A stretch of DNA of 63,891 nt, counting the filler, from Mycoplasmatota bacterium (GTDB lineage: Bacteria; Bacillota_I; Bacilli_A; RF39; UBA660): assembly GCA_012727915.1 (NCBI GenBank). It is 5 parts of 5 records of this genome, joined end to end, with 100 filler letters (N's around TTAATTAATTAA, not from the genome) between each part and the next. Parts side by side here need not be neighbours in the genome. Positions count along the whole stretch, not along the records: positions 25,778 to 35,835 come from JAAYGD010000057.1; positions 35,936 to 44,959 come from JAAYGD010000059.1; 3 more parts are not named here. One strand, given 5' to 3'. Under the pieces are notes generated by a model, which was not told where the DNA came from, made no database searches, and was given only the letters and a program-made list of their open reading frames with translations. Both the position numbers and the translations under genes were made by a program. Each line of letters opens with the position of its first letter. Within the stretch, counting starts at the first letter, position 1. Positions 33,037 through 43,632 of this stretch are shown here, piece after piece.

Positions 33037-34726
33037 CAGATACGAAGTTATTCGTCTACTTGGAGAAGGTGGAATGGCTAATGTTTACCTTGGAGAAGAT
33101 ACAATTCTTAATAGAAAAGTGGCTATAAAAGTTCTAAGAGGAGATTTAGCTAATGATGAAAAATTTTTAAGAAGATTCCAAAGAGAAGCTTTATCAGCGT
33201 CTTCTTTGAGTCATCCAAATATAGTTGAAATGTATGACGTTGGAGAAGATGAAGGCAATTTTTATATTGTAATGGAATACATAGAAGGAAAAAATTTAAA
33301 ACAGTTATTAAGAAGAAGAGGAACATTAACTGTCAATGAAGTAATAGATATTATGCTTCAATTAACAGATGGTATTGCTCATGCACACGATTCATATATA
33401 ATACATAGAGATTTAAAACCTCAAAATATTTTAATGTTAGATAATGGAATGGTTAAGATTACAGATTTTGGAATTGCAACAGCTTTAAATAATTCACAAT
33501 TAACTCAAACAAATTCTGTAATGGGATCAGTTCATTACTTACCTCCGGAACAAGCAACTGGAAAAGAAGCATCTATTAAGAGTGATATTTATTCTTTAGG
33601 AATACTAATGTATGAACTTATTACTGGTAATCTTCCTTTTAGGGGAGAAAATGCAGTAGAAATAGCATTAAAACAAATGAAGGAAAGGATACCTTCATTA
33701 ATTGTTGAGAAACCCAATGTACCACAAAGTGTTGAAAATATTGTTTTAAGGGCATGCGCAAAGAATCCTAAAAATAGATATAATGATGCTAGAGAAATGC
33801 ATGAAGATTTAAAAACAGCTTTAAATGAAGAAAATAAAAATGCACAAGTATTGAAATATAAATATGAAGAAGAAGATTTGGGAGAAACAAAGATACTTCC
33901 GGATTTAAAGAAACAAATTGCGGAAAATGAACCTATAATTAAAGAAGTAAATAATGATGAAGAAAAGAGTGGTAAATTGTCTAAGATATTAATTGGTATT
34001 ATTTCATTTATAGTATTTTCAATATTTATTTTGATAATGCTATTACCTAAATTAACTAAAATCCCAGATGTAAAAGTCCCGGATGTTAGAATGTTTACGG
34101 TTCAAAAAGCAGAAGAAAAATTAAAAAATTATGGATTTGAAGTAGATATTGAAACAGAAAAAGTATTTAGTGATACAGTAAAAGAAGGTATGGTAGTAAA
34201 AACAGAACCTGCAAACGGAAGATTAATAAAAAAGGGTAGTACAATTAAGATATATGAATCAAAAGGAACGGAAAGAATAGCTATAGAATCTTATACAGGA
34301 AAAAACATATATGAGATAAAAGGTCAATTAGAATTAAAAGGATTAATAGTTAGTATAGAAAGTAAAGAAGTTGATAATGTTAATGAATATAAGGATGCTG
34401 AAGATATTGTAATTGATCAATCAATAAAAGATGGAGAAGTATTAAAAGGTACTCAAATTATATTATATTATCCTAATATTGCGGTTTATCCTGATATGAC
34501 TGGATGGACAGTTAATGAGGTTGAAGAATTTGTTGAAAAATATGAATTAGTTCTTACCGTAAATCAAAAAGAAACTAATGATTATAAAGAAGGAACAGTA
34601 TTTGAACAAAGTAGAAGTAAAGATACTTTAATAGCAAGGAAAGCTACTTTTTCGGTATCTATTGCAACTCCAATAATTGAAGAAGAAGAGTTACCAGAAT
34701 TAAATGAAGAGGAAACTGATTTATAA
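33008..34726 (+). CDS. prkC: PASTA-domain Ser/Thr kinase
   Basis: LGEGGMANVY, HRDLKPQN, DFG, TM, PASTA repeats. Confidence 0.96.
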   Translation: MIAKGQKINNRYEVIRLLGEGGMANVYLGEDTILNRKVAIKVLRGDLANDEKFLRRFQREALSASSLSHPNIVEMYDVGEDEGNFYIVMEYIEGKNLKQLLRRRGTLTVNEVIDIMLQLTDGIAHAHDSYIIHRDLKPQNILMLDNGMVKITDFGIATALNNSQLTQTNSVMGSVHYLPPEQATGKEASIKSDIYSLGILMYELITGNLPFRGENAVEIALKQMKERIPSLIVEKPNVPQSVENIVLRACAKNPKNRYNDAREMHEDLKTALNEENKNAQVLKYKYEEEDLGETKILPDLKKQIAENEPIIKEVNNDEEKSGKLSKILIGIISFIVFSIFILIMLLPKLTKIPDVKVPDVRMFTVQKAEEKLKNYGFEVDIETEKVFSDTVKEGMVVKTEPANGRLIKKGSTIKIYESKGTERIAIESYTGKNIYEIKGQLELKGLIVSIESKEVDNVNEYKDAEDIVIDQSIKDGEVLKGTQIILYYPNIAVYPDMTGWTVNEVEEFVEKYELVLTVNQKETNDYKEGTVFEQSRSKDTLIARKATFSVSIATPIIEEEELPELNEEETDL

Positions 34727-35550
34727 TGGATACTATAGTAATTAAAAAAGAAGGATCAAAGTATATTGTTAAAGATAATGATACCTTATTAACTTGTAGA
34801 GTTAAAGGAGTTTTAATTAAGGATAATCAAAGAGTATTAGTGGGAGACTTTGTAGAACTTGGTGAAGAAGAAACTATTACAAGAATATTTGATAGAAAAA
34901 GCGAACTCAAAAGACCTAATATTGCAAATGTTGATCAGGCTATAATAGTGGTTAGTGCTATTAATCCTGATTTTTCAACTTATTTATTAGATAAGACTTT
35001 AAATATAGTAGAGTTTAACAATATTACTCCTATTATATGTATCACAAAATTAGATTTATTAGAAAATAAAGAAGAAGTTGAAAATTATCTAAATTATTAT
35101 AGAAAGATAGGATATAAAGTAATTAAAAACACAGAAAAGAAAGAAATAATAGATACTTTAGAGAACAAAATATCAGTATTGATTGGACAAAGCGGTGTAG
35201 GTAAATCTACATTATTAAACTTTTTAGATGATAGTTTAAATTTGCTTTCAAGAGATATTTCTTTAAGATTAGGAAGAGGTAAAAACACTACTAGAAAAGT
35301 AGAATTATTAGAAATAGCAAATGGTTTAGTAGCGGATACCCCTGGTTTTTCAGTATTAGATTTTACCGATATGACTAAACAAGATATTAGAGATAATATG
35401 GTTGAATTTAATACATATAAAAGTAAATGTGAATATAAAGATTGTATGCATTTAAAAGAAAAGAATTGTGAAATAAAAGAAAATGTTGCAAAAGAAAAAA
35501 TATTAAATTCTAGATATGAAAATTATAAAAAATTTGTAGGTGAATTATGA
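34726..35550 (+). CDS. rsgA: Ribosome small subunit-dependent GTPase A
   Basis: TKLDL, GQSGVGKS, DTPGF, C.Y.DC.H..E..C. Confidence 0.95.
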   Translation: MDTIVIKKEGSKYIVKDNDTLLTCRVKGVLIKDNQRVLVGDFVELGEEETITRIFDRKSELKRPNIANVDQAIIVVSAINPDFSTYLLDKTLNIVEFNNITPIICITKLDLLENKEEVENYLNYYRKIGYKVIKNTEKKEIIDTLENKISVLIGQSGVGKSTLLNFLDDSLNLLSRDISLRLGRGKNTTRKVELLEIANGLVADTPGFSVLDFTDMTKQDIRDNMVEFNTYKSKCEYKDCMHLKEKNCEIKENVAKEKILNSRYENYKKFVGEL

Positions 35551-35835
35551 TATCTGTTTCATTACTTTCAATGAGAGATGATTTATTAAAATATATAAAT
35601 ATAATTAATAAAGAGAATATTGATTATATTCATTTAGATATGATGGATGGAATATTTGTCCCTAATAAATCTTTTTCTTATGAAGAAGTAAAACTAATTG
35701 TAGAAAACATAAATAAGCCTTTAGATGTTCATTTAATGGTTGAAGATATAGATAACTATATTAAAGATTATTATATGTATAATACTGAATATATTACATT
35801 TCATTATGAAGCTTTAAAAAATTTAGACCCTATAA
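35547..35835 (+). CDS. rpe: Ribulose-phosphate 3-epimerase (truncated)
   Basis: HLDMMDGIFVPN, DVHLMV, ITFHYE. Confidence 0.93.
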
Positions 35836-35935
35836 NNNNNNNNNNNNNNNNNNNNNNNNNNNNNNNNNNNNNNNNNNNNTTAATTAATTAANNNNNNNNN
35901 NNNNNNNNNNNNNNNNNNNNNNNNNNNNNNNNNNN
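35836..35935. other. Artificial contig-join spacer
   Basis: N run with TTAATTAATTAA. Confidence 0.98.
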
Positions 35936-37146
35936 AGTATATTTATGATCTTGCAGTTCAAAGAATGTTTATAGAAAAGGATACAAAAAATTATGATATT
36001 AATTATTATCTAGCTGTTTTAAATCATGAATATGTATTTGATGGTACTTATATTGATGGAGAGCCAAAATATTCTAATGATATTATATCTTTATTTGATT
36101 TTACTAATTTAACTAAAGAGCTACAAATTGATGTTATAAATGAAAAAGAAGTAATTGAAAAGTATTTGCAAGATATGAATGCACAACCTACTAAATTAGG
36201 AGCTTTTTGTGAACATAAACAACCTTCTAAGTGTAAGTATTGTAAAATATGTTTTGATTTTATTCCAAAAATTAATTCTTCTTTAAACTATATGGGGGGT
36301 TCTAGTTTTAAAGATGAATATGGAGAAACTCATAAAGGATTGGAATTAATAAATGAAGGTTATATAAAATTATTAGATGTTCCTGAAGCTTGGATTAAAA
36401 ATCCTAATCATATGATTCAAAGAGAGTGTACTGAGTTTCATAAAGAATATATAGATAAAGAAAAAATTAAAATAGCACTTGATTCTTTAAAATATCCTAT
36501 ATATCATTTGGATTTTGAAACATTTCCATGTCCTTTACCAAAATTTAAAGGTGAAGTTTGTTATACTCAATCACCATTTCAATTCTCTTTACATATAGAA
36601 AAAGGACCAGGGATATGTGATAAAGAAAAAGATCACTATGAATTTTTATCTGATAATCCAAATATAGATTGTAGAGAGGATTTAACAAAAGCTTTATGCG
36701 AACATATTGGAGATAAAGGAACAGTTTTTGCGCAATCTTATTCTTTCGAAAAAACAAGATTAAAGGAATTGGGAATCATTTATCCTAAATATAAAGAACA
36801 ATTAAATAAAATGATAGATAATGCTTTTGATTTGTTATTCATTGTTAAAAACAATAAAGAATTTTATAAAGAATTAAATGCTGATAACTTTGATAAAGTT
36901 AATTATTATAATGAATTGTTAAGTGGATCATATTCTATTAAAAAAACACTACCTGTATTTAGTGATTTAAAATATGAAAATTTAGATGTAAAAAATGGTA
37001 GTCAAGCTATGGTTACTTATGCTAATTTTATTAATATGAATAATGAAGAAAAGAAATTTAAATATGAAGCTCTATTAGAATATTGTAAGCAAGATACTTG
37101 GGCAATGGTAGTAATACTTAATAAATTAAGAGAAATATCAAAATAA
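35936..37146 (+). CDS. DUF2779-domain protein (5' truncated; PD-(D/E)XK/RNase H-like nuclease architecture inferred)
   Basis: YDLAVQ, Cys cluster, YPIYHLDFET, PFQFSLH, GSYSIKKTLP, YCKQDTWAMV. Confidence 0.8.
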
Positions 37147-37218
37147 TTGTAAACATACGTAAAAATCAATTGATTAAAAAGAATTAATGTTTTATCCTTA
37201 AAATAGGAGTGTGATATT

Positions 37219-37413
37219 ATGATTTATCCATCTATAGATAAAATATTAAATGTTATTGATTCAAAGTATGTTTTAGTTCATATAGTTTCTAAAAGAGCAA
37301 GAGAAATGATAGAAACTAATCATACACAATTAAAAGAATATAGATCTATAAAAGAAATTGGAAAAGCTCTAGAAGAGGTATCTGAAGGTTTAATACATGT
37401 AAAAGAGTATTAA
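37219..37413 (+). CDS. rpoZ: RNA polymerase omega subunit
   Basis: MIYPSIDKIL..DSKYVLV..SKRAR..ALEE. Confidence 0.93.
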   Translation: MIYPSIDKILNVIDSKYVLVHIVSKRAREMIETNHTQLKEYRSIKEIGKALEEVSEGLIHVKEY

Positions 37414-37435
37414 ATCTTTTTTAATAAGGAGGATT

Positions 37436-38185
37436 ATGAAGATTAATAAAATTATAAAACAAAGCAAAAATAAATATAAAATTATACTTGAAGAAAAAGA
37501 ATTTATAGTTTATGAAGATTTGTTGATTAAATATAATATATTAACTAGTAAGAATATAGATGAAACTTTATTAAAAAAAATAGAAAAAGAAAATACTTTT
37601 TATGAAGTATACGAAAAAGCATTAAAGTATTTAGATATTAAGATGAGATTAGAATATGAATTAATAAGTTATTTAAAAAAGTCTTATGATATAAAAATTG
37701 TGGAAAAAGTAATTGAAAAACTTAAAAAAGAAAACTTAATAAATGATAATAAATATGTTAAAGCATATATTAATGATAAAATTGCTTTATCTAGTGATGG
37801 CCCATATAAAATAAAAAGAGATCTTATTAATAAAGGAATAGATGAATCCATAATTAATATTGATGATATAGATATTAATTTGATAGAAGAAAAATTAAGA
37901 AAACATATAATTAAGTATTCAAATATTAATAAAAATAATAGTAAATCAGTTATAAAAACAAAAGTAATTAATTATTTTATAATGCAAGGATTTGATAAAG
38001 AGATGATAATTAGTATTTTTGATTCTTTAAATATTGAGGGAAATAATGATAAGATAATAACTGAGTATAATAAGTTAAATCAAAAGTATTCTAAGAAATA
38101 TAGTGGTTATAAGTTGGATTCAACAATTAAACAAAAGTTGTTTCAAAAAGGATATTCAATTGATGAAATAAATAATATTAAATAA
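37436..38185 (+). CDS. recX: Regulatory protein RecX
   Basis: ALKYL..R..E, LINDNKY, GPYKIK..L..KGI, QKLFQKGY. Confidence 0.85.
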   Translation: MKINKIIKQSKNKYKIILEEKEFIVYEDLLIKYNILTSKNIDETLLKKIEKENTFYEVYEKALKYLDIKMRLEYELISYLKKSYDIKIVEKVIEKLKKENLINDNKYVKAYINDKIALSSDGPYKIKRDLINKGIDESIINIDDIDINLIEEKLRKHIIKYSNINKNNSKSVIKTKVINYFIMQGFDKEMIISIFDSLNIEGNNDKIITEYNKLNQKYSKKYSGYKLDSTIKQKLFQKGYSIDEINNIK

Positions 38186-38194
38186 AAAAAGGAA

Positions 38195-39196
38195 TTATTC
38201 AGTAATTCCTTTTTGTTCATTTAAATAATTATCATATCGAATTTTCATCTCTGGATCAAAAATTTCTAATTCATAAGTTTCTCTTAAATTTTCCATTGCA
38301 AATGCTTCCATATTAGTTGTATTTGCAACTTTTTCTTCTGCAAGAATATCTTTAATTTCTTCCTTTAAATCATCTAATTTTCCTTTTTCATCTTGTTTTT
38401 CTTTATATATAATGTGATATCCAAATTCAGATTTAACTGGTTCTTTTGTGTATTCTCCAACTTTTAAACTAACTGAAGCTTCTTCAAATGATTTAACCAT
38501 TACACCTCTATTAAAAGGTTCTAGTTTTCCTCCTTCAGCAGCACTTCCATCTGATGAATGTTTTTTAGCAAGTTCTTTAAATGTATCTAATTTATTTGAA
38601 GCAGCATCTATTTCTTTAATTAAGTCTTTTGCTTTTGTTAAAGCTTTATCTTCAGCTTCTTTTGTTAATTTATCTTTTTCATCTTGTTCCATAGTGTCTT
38701 TTATTGCGCTTGTATCGGGTTTAATTAATATGTGGTATGCTGTTATATCCCCTATAGCAATATTGTCATAGTAAGCCTTAATATCTTCTTCAGTGACTAA
38801 TGTTAAAGCATAATCTTTTATTGCCATACTTTTCTTTAAATTCATTTCTAATAACTCATAAAATTCTTTTTCTGTACTTACTCCATAATAATATTGAATT
38901 GCTTCCGCAAAATCAGAACCCATTTGTTCTTTAGCACTTAGTATTTGAGCTTCAACTTGTTGTTTCATATCAGAAGTAGTTTTATATTCTTGATTTAATA
39001 ATTTAATGTTAATTTCATTAATCATATATGCAAATCCATAATTAAATTTTAAATCTTCATATAACTCTTGAGCAGTCATATTAGCGCCTTTCATTTTAAA
39101 TAAAAGTTCTTTTCCATCCTCAATCTTAGGTGCTCCGCATCCTACTAATAGTAATAATACAAAAAAACCTACAAATACTTTTTTAAAAATGTTCAT
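38195..39196 (-). CDS. prsA: Foldase PrsA (parvulin PPIase lipoprotein)
   Basis: Lipobox LLVGC, HILI, FKELAKKHS.D, GG.L, MVKSFE, PVKSEFGYHII. Confidence 0.92.
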   Translation of the reverse strand: MNIFKKVFVGFFVLLLLVGCGAPKIEDGKELLFKMKGANMTAQELYEDLKFNYGFAYMINEINIKLLNQEYKTTSDMKQQVEAQILSAKEQMGSDFAEAIQYYYGVSTEKEFYELLEMNLKKSMAIKDYALTLVTEEDIKAYYDNIAIGDITAYHILIKPDTSAIKDTMEQDEKDKLTKEAEDKALTKAKDLIKEIDAASNKLDTFKELAKKHSSDGSAAEGGKLEPFNRGVMVKSFEEASVSLKVGEYTKEPVKSEFGYHIIYKEKQDEKGKLDDLKEEIKDILAEEKVANTTNMEAFAMENLRETYELEIFDPEMKIRYDNYLNEQKGITE

Positions 39197-39321
39197 AATT
39201 CCTCCTTGTGACTAAAAGAATTATACTAAAAATTCATTAATATGTAAATGTTTTTAAGTATTTTCCTTTATCTATTGCCCCAAAAAAACAATAGTGATAA
39301 AATATTTATACAGGTGATTAA

Positions 39322-40071
39322 ATGAAAATTAAAGACCTAGAAATTAATTATGTGCAATATGGTAATAAAAAAGGAAAAAATATAATTTTGCTTCATGGAT
39401 GGGGACAAAATATTTTTGTAATGGATACTATTGGAAAAAAATTAGAAAAATATTTTAATATTACTAATATAGATTTACCTGGTTTTGGAAAAAGCGAAAC
39501 TCCAAAAGAAGCATTTACAATCTATGATTATAGAGAAATAATAGATATATTATTAAATAAATTAAAAATAAATAATCCAATATTAATAGGGCATTCATTT
39601 GGAGGTAGAGTCGCAATAGCATATGCCGCAAAAAATAAAGTAGATAAATTAGTTCTACTTGGAGCACCATTTAGAAAAAAAGAAACAAATAATTCTTTTA
39701 AATTAAAATTGTTCAAATTTTTAAAAAAGGTACCTATTATTAATTTATTAGAAGATTGGGTAAAAACAAAAGTTGGTTCATCTGATTATAGAGAAGCATC
39801 TCCGGTAATGAGAGAAATATTAGTTAATGTGGTTAATCAAGATTTAACAAATGAACTAAAAGAAATTGATTGTCCAACTTTACTAATATGGGGTTCATTA
39901 GATAGTGAAGTATCTATAGAAGAAGCTAAATATGCAGAAAGTATAATGAAAAATGCTGGAATAGCGGAAATAGAAAACGCAACTCACTTTGCATTTATAG
40001 AACAAAATTTTAGAGTAATTAAGATATTAGAAAATTTTTTTGAAGTTGATAAGAGCAGGAGGAAGAAATGA
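39322..40071 (+). CDS. Alpha/beta hydrolase
   Basis: LHGWG, DLPGFGKS, GHSFGG, WG..D, H; overlaps ddl start. Confidence 0.9.
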   Translation: MKIKDLEINYVQYGNKKGKNIILLHGWGQNIFVMDTIGKKLEKYFNITNIDLPGFGKSETPKEAFTIYDYREIIDILLNKLKINNPILIGHSFGGRVAIAYAAKNKVDKLVLLGAPFRKKETNNSFKLKLFKFLKKVPIINLLEDWVKTKVGSSDYREASPVMREILVNVVNQDLTNELKEIDCPTLLIWGSLDSEVSIEEAKYAESIMKNAGIAEIENATHFAFIEQNFRVIKILENFFEVDKSRRKK

Positions 40072-41237
40072 AAATAAAAATTGGGGTTATATTTGGTGGA
40101 GAAAGTGTAGAACATGAAATTAGTGTTATTTCTGCTATACAAGCTATGAAAGCTTTAGATGAAGAAAAATATGAAATAGTTCCTATTTATATATCAAAAG
40201 ATAGAGAATGGTATACTGGTGATTTGTTAAAAGATATAGATTTATATAAAGATTTTGATAATTTAAAAAAATATGCTAAGAATATAGTTTTATATAACAA
40301 AGAAGGATCATTTGTATTACAATCAAAAAAAGGATTAAAAAAGATAGTTAATGAAATAGATTTGGTATTTCCAATTATGCATGGTACTAATGGAGAGGAT
40401 GGTTCAATTCAAGGTTATCTTAATATGTTAGGAATACCTTATGCTGAAAGTAATTTATATGCAGCTACAATTGGGCAAGATAAAGTCTTTCAAAAGCAAA
40501 TTCTTCAAAGTGAAGGTTTACCAGTAGCAGATTATACATGGTTTTTTGATAACGAATATTTAGAAGATTTTAATTCTATCAAAAAGAGAGTAAAAGAAAT
40601 TGGATATCCAGTAATAGTAAAACCATCTAGATTGGGAAGTAGCATTGGAATTAAAATAGCAAAAAACGAAGAAGTCTTAAAAAGCGCAATAGATGAAGCA
40701 ATAAGATATGATGATAAAATATTAATCGAAAAGATGATTAATAATTTAGTGGAATTAAATTGTGCTGTCTTAGGTAATAAAGAACAAGTTGAAACTAGTT
40801 TAATAGAAGAAGTATTAGCAACTGATGAATTATTAAGTTATAAAGATAAATATATTGGTGAAAAGAAAACAAAAGGTATGTTATCTACAAATAGAATAAT
40901 TCCCGCTGATATCAGTAAGAAAACTGAAAAAGAAATATATGAATTATCTAAAAAAACTTTTAGGTCTTTAAATTTCAGTGGTATAGTTAGAATAGATTAT
41001 TTAATGGATTGTAAAACTAATAAAATATATATTAATGAAGTTAATACTATTCCAGGATCTTTATCTTTTTATCTATGGGACAAAGAAAATAAAAATTATA
41101 CTAAATTATTAGATGAAATAATTAACATTGCAATTAAAGATTATAAAACCAAATCAAATAAGACTTACTCATTTGAAATAAATATTTTAAAAAATTATTC
41201 AGGTCTTAAAGGAAAAAAAGGAAAATTGAAATTTTGA
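40068..41237 (+). CDS. ddl: D-alanine--D-alanine ligase family protein
   Basis: FGGESVEHEIS, HGTNGEDG, KPSRLGSSIG, SYKDKY, NEVNTIPG. Confidence 0.92.
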   Translation: MKIKIGVIFGGESVEHEISVISAIQAMKALDEEKYEIVPIYISKDREWYTGDLLKDIDLYKDFDNLKKYAKNIVLYNKEGSFVLQSKKGLKKIVNEIDLVFPIMHGTNGEDGSIQGYLNMLGIPYAESNLYAATIGQDKVFQKQILQSEGLPVADYTWFFDNEYLEDFNSIKKRVKEIGYPVIVKPSRLGSSIGIKIAKNEEVLKSAIDEAIRYDDKILIEKMINNLVELNCAVLGNKEQVETSLIEEVLATDELLSYKDKYIGEKKTKGMLSTNRIIPADISKKTEKEIYELSKKTFRSLNFSGIVRIDYLMDCKTNKIYINEVNTIPGSLSFYLWDKENKNYTKLLDEIINIAIKDYKTKSNKTYSFEINILKNYSGLKGKKGKLKF

Positions 41238-41280
41238 TTTTCTTTTTTTATGATATAATTTTTATAGTTAGGAGTAAATT

Positions 41281-42126
41281 ATGGAAAATGAAAATTTGAA
41301 GAAAAAAAATAATATATTGACAATTATACTTGTTTTAATATTTGTTATTGGAATTATTTTTATTGGGTATTACTTTTTAAATAAATCTTCTAGTGATAAT
41401 AGTACTAATAAACAAGAGAATGCGGAAATAGATAATAGCAATGAAGAACCTCAAAAAGAGGAAACGAATAATCAAATTATGAAGACAGATGAAGAAGTAT
41501 TTGATGAAATTGAAGAGATTATAAAAAATGAATTATATGTGTTCTATGGATTAAATAGTATTGATGATTTAACTCCAGAAATAAAAGCTTTTTTAGCGGG
41601 AGACTTATTTCATAAAAACATAGGATTAAAAGATTATATTGAAAATAGTGTACCTTTAAAAGCAGAAGATTTAAAGAAAGAGTTTGATAAGAGCAGTATA
41701 AGTGTATTTGGATTTGAAAATGCTAGTATTCCATGTCTATTATATGAAAAATTTGATCATTATGAATGGACATATAAACCCGAAACCGAAACATATGAAT
41801 ATACCGAAATAGGTCATGGAGGTTCTGGAGCGGGTCCTGTGGATAAACAAATTATAAAAGAGAATAAAGAAAATGGACTTTTTGTTATTTCTTATAAATA
41901 TTTATGGGAATCTTTTGGAGAATTTGAAGAAGAACTAAATATATATACTAATTTTGAAGACGCTATGTCTTCAAGCAATCCATTAACTACTATTAGTAGA
42001 GATTATAATAGAGAAATATTAATAGAAACAAAAGCTACTGAAGTACTAAGTGATTTGGATACATATACTTATACTTTTGAATTAATAGATAATGAAATTA
42101 AATTAAAAGATTTTAATAGAAGTTAA
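41281..42126 (+). CDS. Hypothetical membrane-anchored extracellular acidic protein
   Basis: N-term TM helix, acidic linker, own extended -10 promoter and AGGAG RBS. Confidence 0.75.
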   Translation: MENENLKKKNNILTIILVLIFVIGIIFIGYYFLNKSSSDNSTNKQENAEIDNSNEEPQKEETNNQIMKTDEEVFDEIEEIIKNELYVFYGLNSIDDLTPEIKAFLAGDLFHKNIGLKDYIENSVPLKAEDLKKEFDKSSISVFGFENASIPCLLYEKFDHYEWTYKPETETYEYTEIGHGGSGAGPVDKQIIKENKENGLFVISYKYLWESFGEFEEELNIYTNFEDAMSSSNPLTTISRDYNREILIETKATEVLSDLDTYTYTFELIDNEIKLKDFNRS

Positions 42127-42204
42127 CAAAAAAGATTATAATTAACTTTTATTATAAAATGTACTTTTAAATAAAAATATAGTATAATTATCGAAGGTGA
42201 TAAT

Positions 42205-42540
42205 ATGGATATATATATTCAATATACAATTATAGTAGTTATTCTCGTTTTTATTGCAATCATTGCTATAAAAGGTAGTAAAAAAGATTTTAAAGTTGAA
42301 GCAAATAAGTTAGTAGAATTGCTTGGTGGAAAAGATAATATTATTAAGATGGAAGTTAAACATTCTAGGTTTAAGGTTACTCTAAAAAATGTAACTTTAG
42401 CTAATAAAGAATCTATACAAAAATTAGGAGCTAAAGGTATAGTGGAAATTGATAATCAATTAAAAATAATATTTGATTCAGATGCTGCTAAATTAAAAAA
42501 GCATATTGAAGATTTAAAAAAGAATGATGCTATAAAATAA
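42205..42540 (+). CDS. Stand-alone membrane-anchored PTS EIIB (glucose-family)-like protein lacking the phospho-Cys
   Basis: TM + LLGGKDNI..KHSRFKV..LGAKGIV..QLKII. Confidence 0.7.
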   Translation: MDIYIQYTIIVVILVFIAIIAIKGSKKDFKVEANKLVELLGGKDNIIKMEVKHSRFKVTLKNVTLANKESIQKLGAKGIVEIDNQLKIIFDSDAAKLKKHIEDLKKNDAIK

Positions 42541-42545
42541 ACATA

Positions 42546-43583
42546 CTATTTAGTATGTTTATTTTTGTTTTGGATAGTATATGTTTTAGATTTTAAAAAA
42601 TCAATTTCGTGTTTATCGAACTCAATAACACTAGAAGGATTATTTAAATCAAAATTAGATTTTTCGTAAACATCAATTGATATAGTATAATAAAAGCTTA
42701 ATTTATCTAGAGCACTAATAGTAAGATAGTTATACAATAAAGATTCTGAAACTTTATAATTATGATATTGAAGATTTCTAAAAGAAAAATATAGCAACTC
42801 ATCTTCCTCATTATTTACAAAATCTCTTATCAAAAAATAATTTCCTTTAATATTACTATTTTTATTGTTATATAGTATTATTCTGCTTGGAGAATAAGTA
42901 AAATCAGATTTATCAAATAAATAATTTTTTACTTTTAATTTGTTCATATTTATTGCTTTATTTAAATCATTATTTTTTGATAATATTTCATTAGTAATTG
43001 TCTCTTTGTTTTCTAAAAGAATATAAAGTGCATCCACTAACAACTCATCTTCATTAATACACATTTCAATGTAATCATTTGAAAGTACTTCTTTAAATTT
43101 TGGCATATATTCTAAAATGATATCTTTATATATGTTTTGCCATTCAAAAATGCTAATTCCTAGAAGATGAGTTAATGAACAACGATTTATAGAAATCAAT
43201 GTTTTTTTGTTATTACTTGAATTAATTCTAAATATTTTATTATCAAATTTTTTATTATATAAATCAATATTGTTTTCAATAGAAATAAAAATGTTATTTA
43301 TGTCATTTTCATTAATATTATTTTTATCAATATCTTTTATATTTTTTTTTTGAGTAAATTTAATATCAATATCATTGACATTATTAATACCATTTTTGTT
43401 TTTTAAACTATGTATTATTGATTTTAAAGATTCTGTATTATTTGATTTCAATTGTTTATCAAGAATAGTACCATATAATATATCTGAAGAAACTGATGAT
43501 AATAAATTATATAACTCTTCGGTATTTCCGTTTGCTATAAGTTTTCTTGCTTGAAATAAAGTTATAAAAGTACTATCATCCAT
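42546..43583 (-). CDS. Hypothetical protein, possible PBECR4-like nuclease domain
   Basis: Long ORF with GGAGGT RBS; SLTHLLGI resembles PBECR4 NFxHLLG motif. Confidence 0.55.
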   Translation of the reverse strand: MDDSTFITLFQARKLIANGNTEELYNLLSSVSSDILYGTILDKQLKSNNTESLKSIIHSLKNKNGINNVNDIDIKFTQKKNIKDIDKNNINENDINNIFISIENNIDLYNKKFDNKIFRINSSNNKKTLISINRCSLTHLLGISIFEWQNIYKDIILEYMPKFKEVLSNDYIEMCINEDELLVDALYILLENKETITNEILSKNNDLNKAINMNKLKVKNYLFDKSDFTYSPSRIILYNNKNSNIKGNYFLIRDFVNNEEDELLYFSFRNLQYHNYKVSESLLYNYLTISALDKLSFYYTISIDVYEKSNFDLNNPSSVIEFDKHEIDFLKSKTYTIQNKNKHTK

Positions 43584-43611
43584 TAATATACCTCCAAATA
43601 TTAGCACAAAG

Positions 43612-43632
43612 AAAAATCACTTTCGTGATTTT
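43612..43632 (-). terminator. Terminator after the 43631-44707 gene
   Basis: AAAAATCAC-TTTC-GTGATTTT. Confidence 0.6.
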
